From: Lophium mytilinum
Lineage: Eukaryota
Assembly: GCA_010093605.1 (NCBI GenBank)
Contig: MU004182.1
Span: 653,032 to 717,031, forward strand
DNA length: 64,000 nucleotides
Direction: 5' to 3'
Below the pieces are notes generated by a model that searched no databases, was not told where the DNA came from, and worked only from the letters and a program-made list of their open reading frames with translations. This document shows, one piece after another, positions 12,243-24,895 of the stretch. Every line of letters starts with the position of its first letter. The first letter of the stretch is position 1. A program made the position numbers and the translations under genes.

Positions 12243-13546
12243 TACTCAAATTTCCTTCAAAGCGCTCTGGAAAGCCGGGTATTTGATCGTATCTTTTTAT
12301 CGGTGGCTTTCTGAAACATTCTTGGTAAAGCTGAGCATCAGGTGTTTGATTGTTTCCATATCCAGTAAAGAGATGATTCTACGTACCATCCGTCGTCAGC
12401 AGTAGTGCGGATATATATAGTAGACATTTACAGACTTGAAACGCCACGCGTGAAAGGTCTTCAATAAGAAACAATGCAAACGTGAATTAATATCGAGAGA
12501 GAGGTAGGGGGAAGGGTTGGCCGAGTATTATGCCCAATACTAACAGTCTAGAACAGAAACACCAAGCGAACACATCGAGGGCTTGATTCTTTGACTGCTG
12601 TTATTGGAGATGCTCGGGTATTTGAACTGATCCAATAAGTTTGACAGCGCAAAGAGCGATTTGGAGAAAGCCCATACTCTCTATATCCACGCACCAGATT
12701 CTGGAGTGAAACTCGAATAAACGCTCACTGGAGCCAAGAGCGTACATGAGACCGGGCTTTTCAAGCGCTTTGGACTGACTGACCTCCCGTTGACCGAGGT
12801 GGAGTGCATGTACACAGCATAGTCCCGCAAAGGACGCAGCATATATCCTGCTCACTGTCTACTGGGGGGACATTACAGCGGCGTGATCAGGAAACCGGAG
12901 ATATCCTTGTGTGCGATCTTCAGAGAATTAGGTATCCGATTCAGCCCGCCGGCTGGGGGCGCCTCACAAAGATAAAGGAACAGGTCCTCGGTGAGATCAG
13001 GAGGTTCGACCTGAACGCGAAGTATGGCCAGACATAGGCTCTGAAACCCGAGATTTTCTGGGAACACTGGAAAAATTGGCATACAACGCCCGCGAAATGA
13101 AGTGTCGACGGCAGAACTAGTCTGCCGGTGGGTTTCGTGGCATGGAATTATAGAGCCACAGTATAGAGATAGTTTCCCTCTCGCTGCAAGCACTTTCGAG
13201 CAGACAGAACAAGTGGTCCGGCGTATTGACCCTAGCCCGCTATCAGGGAAAAGCCGAAACGACACCGGCGCTCTCTAGTACAGGGTTAAGCATGGGGCTC
13301 TGCGGGAGAACTCTGTGGCCGTCCACTTTGGGACGCGGTAGACGAGATCAAAAGCAAGGCCCGGCTTCTCGAGCTTTTCCTCACGATATCTGTCGGACAT
13401 ATATAGCTGTGGGCTCATATTCTGTATTGCAAACATACATAATAGTGAGGTTCTGTAAGGACCCTAACTCTCCCCTCTTCGGAAAGTCTGCTATCGCAAA
13501 CAGATATCTAGTTCTCTCACATCCACTTGCACTTATCTTAGCCGTA

Positions 13547-16076
13547 TTAGTTGTAGCTCTGCAATGGCATGTCCATCGGAAAATCATCAGTGATTTGAAA
13601 CGCCTCGGAATTCCACATAGGCAAGCAATTTGGAAAGTCAACCTGCGAATCCAGGAACGCGGCCGGCAAGGAACTCCCGAAGCCTGGTCCCAGGCCCGGA
13701 AATGAAACAGGAAAAGTGCCACCACCGGATATACCATCCTGGTTTTGTGTCAGATTAAATGACGATAAAGTCTCAAAAGCATAGCAAAGACCAAAGAGCA
13801 TTTCAGAACGTACCGGCACACCATCATGTTGTATTCCAGACGCGATGCTTGGCGGGTCTTCTGAATCCTTCCCAGGACCTATATATGTGAGTCAGTGAAT
13901 GTCCAAATCAGCCTATACACCAGGGCGCATGTTCAATACCTGTCCATTTGTTTCCCCTCGAAGTATTCTGCGCTTTAGTGACGATTTCGCGGCTCAATCG
14001 CCCAAGCTCTAAAAACAGTCGCCGAAGTTGACCAACACTCCCAACATCGGGATCCTTCATCTTCGAAAACAGGTTCGCTAATGAATCAAGAAGTGCGACA
14101 TCGGTCAAAGCTCGAGGAGCATTTGGATCGTCTCGGATGCCAACGAACAAGGCCATCGACGCCAGAACAGGGTAGCACAGTGTGCGCCTTCAGCAGAGTC
14201 AGGACAAATTGCTCACCTGGTTTATGTGGTAAATGAATGGGGACATACATACCATACAAACGCCGGCATGTCCACCGCAATACCTCGACTCATACGAAGG
14301 ATGGATCGAAGGCACGAGAAGTATGTGGCCCGAGACGAAATGATCTGATTTTGAAAAGAGCTGTCGTTCGTTGACCGCCTCAGGGTCAGGGCCGCGAAGT
14401 GGATGTTGCTCAAGCATGTGTAATACTGGAAGTGTAGGACTTGGACGTAGTGACGAAGGTAGGGGTCCGAAGTGTTGATCTCGTACTCTGGTTGGAAGTC
14501 GATATCGATGCTGGCTTTCCATTCCTCAAGCTGTTGTTCCATATCCCCCATGGCCTTCACTATCTCGTGTTCCGGTCGCTTGCGCCCATTGGAGCTGTAC
14601 AGCTCTTGGAAGACCTTTGATGCGATGACCGAAAGCTCCGACATGACTCGAAATAAATTAAACGTGCTGTGGCCATCATCAAGAGGAATGATTCCCAAAC
14701 CGTCTGGTGGCTCTTCGGCAGGAAGCTCGATATTCAAATTACCAGGAGTCTGGATCAAAGGCAAGGTCGAAACCATGGAATTCTCATTGTCCAGCATGTA
14801 GGCAAACCAAAGAGCCCGATTGATCTGACGTGTGTCGACTACGTCACATTCAGTCGTAGCTTTGCCCTGCCTAAGCCCAAGGATTTGCAGAAGTCGTAAG
14901 GCGCATGAGACTAACATTGCACTGGCCTGAGGCTCCCCGTTGCCTCGGGTAAAGACCGCCATACACAGAAGAGCTTGCGCGCTCAGAAGATCGTTACTCC
15001 TCATCATCAACTCGGTCAGCACACTGAGTGCATTGTGCATATAGCGCCATGCTTGTGCAGTTGACTCCCGAGTCGTATCTGCCGGGTTTTGCAAGCGTAT
15101 CCCAACAGCAATGACACTATGCAAGCTGGCCCACCACCCAACCCGCTTGTCTGGCTGACCAGAAAACTCCTGTTGCGCCAGACTCATGAATGATGCATAG
15201 TCGTAAAGGGGAAAATATCTATTGTGACAGCGGAAGAAGACCTCCACCAGTCGCAACGTCTCATCTTTGGGCGGCAGTGACGCATGTACTGGCCCCCTCA
15301 ATCCGACAGACAAGAAGTCTAACCACTTGGGCGTGGTTGCGTTTGACAGAACATGTGCAGTGAAGCCGCTCTGGAAGGCCTGTTTCTCCTCGGCTTTGTC
15401 CATGATCCATTGTACCGGTGGTGCAAATTCAGGGTCGATAGTGTCTGGGACAGATGTGACGGTGTCTGGGATCGATGCGATGGTGCTTTGCGTGTCAGAG
15501 CCTGGTATATTAGGTAAAAATTGGCTCGATTGGAATTGGGGTTCAGTGTCAGAGGAAGGATGAGGGAGGTGAAGATCTTCCGGCACTCCTGAGAGGCTTC
15601 CAGCGCTGTTATTTTCACCGGAGACTCGATCCGCAGATGGCGCAACTCTGATCGTAGCATCGACCGAGTCATTGGCCCCGTCGGCAATGACAGGATCGGA
15701 ACCAGTTTGTGACAGGCCTGGCGAGGGGCTTGTCCTATAATCATCACCGTCCAAGAGGCTCTCCATGCGAAGTAATCGCTGCTCCAACCTGCTGAGATGG
15801 TTCGAAATGGCGGGTATTCTACATCACTGTTAGACAGCGGCCGATATAGTCTGCTGTCCTCACCTTCTGGGAGGGCCTCTCTTCTTCTGCGACTCGACAT
15901 AAGTACATTCGACGGTACGATCGCTGCAATTGCTACAGGCAGGTTGCTTCCCGTCGCATTTGATCTTCTTCGCCTGACAAGTACAGCACGCCTGTACCTT
16001 TGTTGATTAATTGGGCTCTTTTGAGGACAAGTCAACTTACCTTGGCCACTCGTTTCCGCTTGGTTCGTTGCTCCAT
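13547..16076 (-). CDS. Zn(II)2Cys6 transcription factor with fungal-specific TF domain
   Basis: After a short first exon (MEQRTKRKRVAK) the spliced frame reads ACCTCQAKKIKCDGKQPACSNCSDRTVEC. The 14222-15787 ORF carries the Fungal_trans region (RALWFAYMLD). The 3' exons are approximate. Confidence 0.88.
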
Positions 16077-18339
16077 GATCTTTGAGGTCGGAACAAGCTG
16101 CTGAGCTTGAACAGTCTGGGGACGAGACGGACAGTCGAAAGTTGACATGAACTGCCGCATTGACATCACGTGTTATGCAGCGGGGATAGCAAGTTGCTAG
16201 GAAGATCCCTTCGAAAAACAGGAGGGCCTGTGGTTTATCGGAAGACCCTCATTCTCACATGCAGGGCTACAGTACCCCGGGCAAAGCGGGGAGCACCTTC
16301 CAAGGAACTACCCCGGGATCCGTATTCATAGCAGCTCTGTACGTCTGATGATCCAGCGCTGCAACCAAGCCACAAAATTACGGTATGAGGTAACGATTCT
16401 GAACGCCTCTAGAGGCAACAACAGCTCCCTAGCCAATGAATCTCCGCGCCTGCAGATTATCAGCCCAGAAAAGAAGGCTTACAGGGATCGACTCAGTTTC
16501 CGCGCTAGGTCATAAGACGTAAAGAGAGGCTGCGAAGGCAATATATATCGGCGACGCGATTGGATCCTTGGAGGTCGTTTGGTAGACTCAGGGTGCATTT
16601 TAGCTTCCTACCCTATGTCCCCCGCATTCTTGGACGATCCCCCGCATTCTGGGAGCATCCCCTCCATCTTTGGGGCCGGCTCGGACCGTAATTACCGTGT
16701 TTATCCGTTTTTGAGACGATAAATGTGCACAAACTGGGCATAATCCCTTACGTGTGCACGAAAAGACTGACTAACTCCAAGGATGTCCACTGATTCCCAG
16801 TTTTCGAACCTGGATAAACAGCGTTCAGTTTAACCGAGGGAATTGTGCAGGTGATGTGAGCTAGAATGATCGCCTCTCAATTGGTGACGAGACAAGATTT
16901 CCAATTCAACCAACGAACAGCACCACCCCTTCTTATTCGACCTCCGATACCTGATACCCTACCTCTGTAACACTCTTCTCCGTGCACTTTATAACGTTAC
17001 TGTGAGTCTTGAAGGCGGAAGTGAAGCGCGCTTGCGCGTGCTGTGAGAGTGTGAGATTCTTGATGTTCGGTGATATTCGGTTTCTGAGCACGTGATTTAT
17101 GTATATATTGTAGTAAAACATTTCTTCACTAGATCTAGTAAAGATTGGACTTGCATAGGCTTTGGATACATGCATTTACTAGCTACAATTCACCTGTAGT
17201 AGACATTTGTTGTTCGCAAATATCTTCAATCACGTGATCGGAAATGTCACTCCATGATCTCACCTTCTTTTTTCCACTTTCGTTGCCTTCTTCAAACTAA
17301 CTATCCCCATATTCGTTGTGAGCATTATTTGCATCACTACAGTCATGTCTAGATGCTGCCGGTAGGTAGCGTTAAGTAGCTATCGGTCTTCCGTAACAAC
17401 CATATCTACATTGATATACTGCTAAGTATCAGCAATGGCCTGCGTCAGTAGCTTCGCGTTCATTCAGCAGCACTGTTCAAACGTCATGCCATAAAGTTCA
17501 ACCGATTCATTACAGCAAATGAGCTATATCAGCGGCCGGAGAAAGATTAGATTCTATTCCTCTTACGTTCAACGGTAAGTAAAGATCAATAGAGTTACAC
17601 TGCCATTATCTATTCGAATCACGTTCAAGCCCCATACAACCCGCCCACATATTACTCAGACGTTTACCACTTGCCCTCCTTGGCCCTGTGACCATGAAGC
17701 TGTGCCAAAAAAGAGTACGCAAATTAAAGGTCCCAGCACCGCAATGTCGGCTCCAGCACTAGTGCAATTCGATCTTCTCGCCCTTCCATTTACTCCATCT
17801 GATAGTTCTGTGAGGCTGGGTAGTTCTGCTGGCTAGGTTTCTGCTTGCCCGATTCAGCAGCGCTGACGTTGCCGCGTGGATTTTGCGGAGTGACACGCAA
17901 TCCACTACCCATCGTATACGGCGCACCCGAAGTGCGATGACGATGAATATTGATGCCGAAAATCGACAGCGAGATGTTTTGATGAGTTTTGAAAACTGAA
18001 GGGGCATTGCTGGCTTTTTGGACGATCCGATCAACACACTGGAAAAAAACTCTCTGATGGCTCTAGAAACATGAGAAACTCTAACTGTGCTTTGGGTGGC
18101 AAGTTTCACACTGACCAAATGGAAGTCCTAGTCTTACTCTGTGCAGAGTAAATACATCGTTGGGATGGTCATACGGCGCGACCCCGCTGAAGGCCATTTT
18201 GTGGTCCATTGGCTCCCATTCGAGGCTTGCACCTCACGCAATGTTCAATGTTTCACGTTTCCACGGCACTTGTCCAGCAGCGAGTTGGCATGAAAACTCA
18301 TGAGAGCGTTCTCGTGGTGTAGCAGTGAATGGGTAAAAG

Positions 18340-19821
18340 GTGGGGTATGGGAGATCGCCGCCAGGTCAATATTGCGATGAGAGCCGGGGCACCAAGTGGC
18401 CCTTGCACCGGCTCCTTCACCCCTATTGCAACCACATTCCGTGCCCAGTCAATAGCATTGCTTTCTTTCAAACATCAGCCTTCAGACGTTACTCCAAGAT
18501 GGCGTTGCTCATGGCCACACGTCCTGTGAAGTTTGCAACAGTCAGGCTCAGTACGAGAAGATTGCTTCACACCGTCCTTGTCCCATCTAAGAAAGGCACC
18601 AGGGATTACATGGAGATCTTACAATACTCTGCTCTCAACCCACTTGTTTCAAAAGTCATCTTCGATACAACCCTCTTCCATGAAGACGTCGTACCGAATA
18701 CAAAGCGGGGAGATATAGCCGACGCTGAGTTGTCCCAGGAGTGTCAGGAAGTCATAGCAAATGTCGGGCGGTTCAAAAACCTCCAATCCGTCGAACTGAA
18801 GTACCACAGCATGTGTGCCGCACCCGACTCATGCCTCGGTTGGCCGATGGACTATAACCGCAGTCTAGGAGCATATTCGCCCGAGACGACCGAATTTCGC
18901 ACCGAGGTGTTGGGAGCGTTGATGAAAGCAATGAATGATAAAAGGCATCCTGCTTCTGGAGTACGAAGCTTGGCTATCGAGAACCTTCAAGATATATCCC
19001 CAAAAGCCGTCACACAATATGATGATTTCAAGGAAGTATTCAGCCACCTTGACAGCCTCGCTCTCCACATTGCTACGGAATCCCACGGCGTCAGCCCCGA
19101 GGCCAGTCTCGAACTCCCAGAACCTCACGTATTTTATGACACGGAACTCAAAGACCAATGGCTGCGCCCTGTTTCACCTCACCTCGAAGAGCTCGCTTTG
19201 TACGGCGACGACTTCTGGGGCTATTGGCCTCGATGCGATCTCCGATCCTTGCACTTCCCGAAGTTGAAATCGCTCTCTTTGGGAAACTTGACCTTCACGC
19301 ATGACTGGCAGCTCGACTGGATTCTTTCTCACGCTGATACACTTGAAGAGCTCCGTCTCGACCATTGCCCTATCGTCCAGGGCATTCGCATCGGTGGTGG
19401 ACTTGACGCCGAGAACTACCCCAAGGATCTTGAAAAGGTGTGGCACTGTGACGAATTATGGTTCTATGAGAGGAGGTGGCATGAGCTACTTCTCCGCATC
19501 AAGACCGGCCTACCGAAGTTGAAGCATTTTGGCATGGGCAGCGGAAGCCCTGACGGTTCCTTCAGCACACCTTCATTCGAGAAGCGGCATAACCTTAAAG
19601 CTGAAATCGTCCCGACTCGATACTGCTTTTATGACCGTGGAACGTTGCCGACTCCATGGATCCCGCCTGAAGTCCCACCCAGCCACCCTGATGAGGAGTA
19701 TGAATCCGGCTATCATACTGATAATGCTGGCAATATCGATCCTAGAGCCACTTATCCAGACTGTGAGGAGCAGGATAAGATGGCTTTAGAGGCTCTGATG
19801 GCGGAAACTGCACGACGATGA
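18340..19821 (+). CDS. Fungal hypothetical protein with leucine-rich-repeat-like (F-box-associated type) region; start uncertain, possibly ATG 18499
   Basis: Long uninterrupted ORF with LRR-like segments (NLQSVEL, HLEELAL, FPKLKSLSL, TLEELRL, LPKLKHF). Confidence 0.7.
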   Translation: MGYGRSPPGQYCDESRGTKWPLHRLLHPYCNHIPCPVNSIAFFQTSAFRRYSKMALLMATRPVKFATVRLSTRRLLHTVLVPSKKGTRDYMEILQYSALNPLVSKVIFDTTLFHEDVVPNTKRGDIADAELSQECQEVIANVGRFKNLQSVELKYHSMCAAPDSCLGWPMDYNRSLGAYSPETTEFRTEVLGALMKAMNDKRHPASGVRSLAIENLQDISPKAVTQYDDFKEVFSHLDSLALHIATESHGVSPEASLELPEPHVFYDTELKDQWLRPVSPHLEELALYGDDFWGYWPRCDLRSLHFPKLKSLSLGNLTFTHDWQLDWILSHADTLEELRLDHCPIVQGIRIGGGLDAENYPKDLEKVWHCDELWFYERRWHELLLRIKTGLPKLKHFGMGSGSPDGSFSTPSFEKRHNLKAEIVPTRYCFYDRGTLPTPWIPPEVPPSHPDEEYESGYHTDNAGNIDPRATYPDCEEQDKMALEALMAETARR

Positions 19822-19966
19822 GACCACCCTTAATTAGAAGCTTGAGATAGTCACGAACTAGACCAATACTTGAATTGGCCAGGACTACTTCTCACCGCTT
19901 ATTGGAGAAGTATAGGTAAATAAAATGCGCTTACATAGCCTCCCTATAGAGGAACCATCAACGCAA

Positions 19967-21056
19967 CTAATCGAACGCAGCCGTAAGCGTCTTGATCGAG
20001 TCCTCCAAGGTCATCCAACCAGGCTGCCCAAACCGCTTCAGCAGCTCTTCCGCACGCCCATTAGCAATCTTGCTCAAGTCCTGCCCCAGCCCCGGGAAAT
20101 CATCCCTGAACTCCCGCTGCGGATACAACTTCCTAAAAATCGCCAGTAGATCATTCCAATTAAACGCCCGCGCAAACGCAAACAACCGCTCCGCCTTCAC
20201 ATCCTCATGAACTAGCGCTGCAACGTGCAACCTCGCATCATCCTGCACATCAACAAACCACTGCGATATAGTGCTCGCTAAGGACGCCGCACCCTCGCCA
20301 CCCGTCCACAACAACTTTACTAAACTCGCCGACGTCGGGTGCCCCTGGTGCTCGACGGAGATGATGTTCCCAAAGTTCATGTTCGGCAGGACGGTATTGA
20401 GCACGAAACTCGGCTTCTTCTCGCGCATGAACTTCCACGCCGCTTTCTCGCCCTCCGTCTTGCTGGCGGCGTAGACGTCGCTTACCCGCTTCGGTCCTTC
20501 GTACGGCGGAGGCGCCCATGCCGCTTCCACGGCTGCGTCGTTCCAGGAGTTCGCGTCGACGTAGACGACCTTGTTCGGCTGCGGACTCGTCGCTGCAGTC
20601 GACGAGGACGTTAAAACTACCCGCTTGACGGATGCCTCATTTCTCGCTGCTTCAAGGGCATTGATCGTCCCGTCCACAACAGGCTGAATACCCTTATTCG
20701 GGTCCGCGGTCGTCATGACGGGAGTAGCGGCGTGCACGACGCCAGCGGCGCCTTTGACAGCCTCGGTGTAGGCATCCGGCGCAGCCATGTCGAAAACTTC
20801 GATGAGAGAGAATTTGCCTTTGCCGTACTTAGCGTCGAAATGGGAGAGCATCCAGTTTGAGCGGGCGAGGCTCCGGACGGTTCCGCGGACGTAGTAGCCG
20901 GCGAGCAGGAATTGGTCGACGATGTTGCTGCCGATGAGGCCGTTGGCGCCGGTCACGACCTGGGATTTCATATTAGATTTCGAAAAGTCAAATGGGATGC
21001 CGGGGGGTCTATACGACGAGGGAACCGCGCGGGAGGGCGAGTTCATAGGACGCCAT
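19967..21056 (-). CDS. NAD(P)H-dependent aldehyde reductase II / extended short-chain dehydrogenase
   Basis: Spliced N-terminus MASYELALPRGSLV|VVTGANGLIG (intron about 20960-21014), TSSSTA, catalytic YAASK and FVDVQDDA. Confidence 0.9.
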
Positions 21057-21899
21057 GGTGGTCTTTGATTCTTTCGAGGGCGAGTGCCAATATTCGACGT
21101 CTCAGTTTTCGGGCCATTGAGAAAAGAAGGAAGCAATCGCACTTTCTTAAAGATGAAGAAGGTGGGTCTGTGGATCGCATCATTACTAGGTATGCATGTA
21201 CCCACGCTTACCGCAATGAACGCATTAGTAATCGCCATTCTGAAATGTTCGCAGGGCGTTGTCAGTTTTATCCTGTTTGTTTGGTCGCCTCATGGAAAGT
21301 GCGACTAATCTTCTAAGGCTGATTAAAACGATTACAAATTGCAATATGGGTAACCGACAATTGCCACGGTATCGATCTCAATCTTACTCGCTCGATTACC
21401 ACGAAAACAGGTACTCGATCAGTCGAAAGGTAATCAAATTCGATGTCGTATCGGGGTTTTAGAAAGCCCGTAGGTGAACTTTAAGCAATAGTAGTAAGAG
21501 CTAGTGTTTAAACCTATCCCTCAGGACCGTAGAGCCGGTGGAAATGACAGACGCCAGCGGTGCAGGCCCGGAAACAGTCCGCGTAGTCCGTTCCTAAGGG
21601 CGTTTGAGTCGAGTTAATAGAATGTCGAACGGAATACCAGATCCGGAGTACCGGGTACCTGAGGGTACAAATAACTTGAAGAACCGCATACGAGATGTGG
21701 AAAATTTTGAAAGGATTAAGATTGATACGAACTAATATAATCCTTGGGGTCTGAGAAAGAGCGAGCGCAAGTATTTTTAGTACTTTAGCGCCCAGGTATA
21801 TCCACCGTGCGGTCTTAGCTTTTGAACACCTGGAACCCCAAACCTAGACGCCACTACAGAAATGAAAAGAAAGAAGATACTGAGCAGCACAGATCACTG

Positions 21900-22831
21900 C
21901 TAGCAGTCACTGGCTTGCCTCAGCTGTCCAGGACACTGTGCGCTTGCCAAGCAACCCGCACGCTCGCCATTCCACCCCGTCAACCGACTCGAAATGTCGG
22001 AAGCATACACCTTCGATTTCGGGCCCGAGCCCTCGACAACTGCGAGGTTATCGCCTCCACTTGCGCAGCCCGCATTGTAGATATGCGCGGCGAGGTACGG
22101 GTTGCCGAATTGGCCGTTGTTGATCCACGAAACGCCGTTGAGATAACCGGCCAAGCCTGGTGCTGCGCCAACGCCTTGAACGCCGTCTCGAATCATCTGC
22201 TCGATGCTGTTCTCGGGGTCCTTGGGGTTGAAGGACACGCTTCCGCCGGCGGCTTGCATGAGACCGCAATTTGTCATGCTGCCCTGGGTGCAGGGGACGT
22301 TCAAATTACCAGTCGACTAGTCGGTTGTCAACGGGGGATTTCTCTCAGGGTTGTAATTGCATGCATGTACAGGGCTCATACCTCTTCCATTATGACGGCT
22401 AGAATTAGTCGTGCGTCCACTTGGCTGTCCGCGGACACCAACTCTATCTTTTCTCTAATGGTCGGGATCAAGTCAAGATACTCGGGATTCACGGCCTCCA
22501 GTATCGGCTCGTTGATCTTCCACATGTCGTCGAAGCTGATCCATTCTTCGAAAGAAGGGAAGTCGGAAAGTTCGGTGCCGTGGCAGTTGTAAAAAGAAGC
22601 AGCCTTCTCTGGAGCCGGCCCGCCCTTATCGAAATTTGTTGAGTACCACTTCAGGGCAGCTCCGTTCGACACAGTTGCTAATCCTGGCGACACCTGAGCG
22701 GGATATGCCAAGACCGTTGGGAGGAGTCCCAAAGCCGCAATTAGCGGTATAATCTATATGGATATGAGTCTCTTAACGCAAAGGATAATTTAGTGTGTAT
22801 TTAAGAACTGTAAGCTTACCTTCGCCAACAT
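21900..22831 (-). CDS. Secreted lysozyme-fold / lytic transglycosylase (SLT, GH23-like) protein
   Basis: Signal peptide MLAK|IIPLIAALGLLPTVLA. The spliced product contains ILAVIMEE|S, GLMQ and IYNAG, matching the three SLT motifs. Two introns. Confidence 0.75.
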
Positions 22832-24895
22832 CTTGATATGCATCTTGTCTTCGTGTTCTAGTGAAGTGGGACTGAAAAGTGAGGTTCTCGAAGTCGGTAG
22901 AAGGTAGGTAGTAGTGTTGGGTTTCTTTGAGAAAGGTAAGGCCGTGTGTGTAGTTGCTTCGAAAGAAAAAAAGACGGAATTTGCGATGTACTTATATTCG
23001 TTTGGAAAGGCTAATATTCAGATCTATGATTCGTGATGGAGGGGGAACCAGTGGTCCAATCTGTGCGTGGTGATTAGGCGGGGCCAGTGGGCGTCGGATC
23101 TGTGATTCAAGGGGGTCAGATCTGTGGTTCGAGGGGGTCAAATCTGTGGTTGAAGACAGAGGCAGCCAGTGGGTATTAAATTTGAGAATCACAGAAAGAT
23201 TATCGACTAAAATGAGAGCGAGGGTCATGAAGCGATAGAAGAAAACAGTATATCTTCAAAGAAGGTTTGCGTATCGATCCGTACCTGCTGAGAGGATGCA
23301 TTACATATAGGACGTATCTTCTCCATTGCAGTCGCCTTCGCTAACATACTGTCAGGATTTATACTATCCAACCCAGACCACCCTCGCGCCTGGTCTAAGG
23401 ACACGATGCTAATATTGATCCTGCGGGCATGGTTGAAAGCATGACTAGCCAGTGAGCTTCATCGCGTGCCTGACCCTGAAACAGCCTCTTTGGAGAGCCA
23501 TGGTAAGCAGATCACGGCGGCCATACCGAGTAGGCTAGGCTAGAGATATCATTTCCCTGATCCGAGAGCTGTCAAAGTGTGCAGTGAGCGGCCTAAAGTC
23601 GTTGGTTGAGGCTGTGCGAAAGGCAGAAATAGATCGTCAACGGGAGCCCGATTTGTCGGGTGCGAAATAGCGTAGAATCCTTGGCGGACTTTTTGGAGCT
23701 TTCTTACTACAAAATCCTGTGAGTTCTAAAACTAGCTCCACAACGCAGACTTAAACACCGTGTGCAGCACTCCTAAGATACTAATCTAGATATAAGAAGC
23801 CTTTACCGGAGGTTTTAGCTGATAATATTTAATATTGGCTGTTTTATTTAGGGTACAAGCCTGCAGGAGAGAAGTAGACGCGATAAGTTGCAATCGCGCT
23901 AAGTTAGCGCATCTTGGCAGCTTTCGAGGCCAACTTTGCACTAGAATAACTCCTCTCTTTGCGAATATTATAGGCTAAGATTAAAGATTTTATGCAAGCT
24001 GTAGGCTAAGAGTATACATGTAAATTTTTAAGACTATAGCTTCCCATTCGTTGTGGGAATCTTTAAAACTACAACGCGGAGCTCCAAAAAGTCTGCCAAG
24101 GATTCTACGCCATTTCGCACCCGACAAATCCTACTAGGCCTTGTTGAGCTTAGGGGTGCAACTCCAACATCACGACCAGGTCTAATCTACACAGCCTTGA
24201 TCCAAATACCCTCAAGTCCTCATCTAACTGTACAGAGTTGACAAAGGCTTGTTTCAAGAAAACGAGATCGCGTCGTAAATACTTCTCTTGGCCGCCCTTT
24301 CGCAAGTCTTTAGCGTGTTGTCCCGCTAGGTCACGTCGAATGTCAGAGGACAGCCCTGCATCAGCGTTCATGATTCGAACGGCGTAACAATATCATTCCA
24401 TCCGCTCTTAGTGAAGACCTTTGTAGGTTACTCCCTTTAAATAGCGAGCGTTAGACCTCAGCATTAGGTCATGTTCCTTATTTGCTTTCAGAACCACTTC
24501 ACCCTCTTTCATCTCGATTGCCTGTCTGGATAGCAATGCCATATAACTTAGTAATCGCGTTGTTCTCTGAAATATACTCTACAAGATATCATTCGCGTGT
24601 ACTCTATATGTCTGAATTTTGTTCTTGGGTTCTGCTACTACCTCAAGATGAAGCTTACCAATATATCTACAGTAGGAACTGAAACATATTTCATATATAT
24701 TCACCTATGCCTACTTACTAAGACTACGAGCGTCACTTTTAGGTTATTTCGTCTTAACAGTCATTAGTGGACCCGACCTACTATTCCGCACTTCCAGCCC
24801 GCGAACATCTTATTGTTAACAGAACTTCTTACTGTCTATCTTGGCCAACATTCATAAAAGTCAGAAACTTGTAATATAAGCTGTTTCATCTCACG

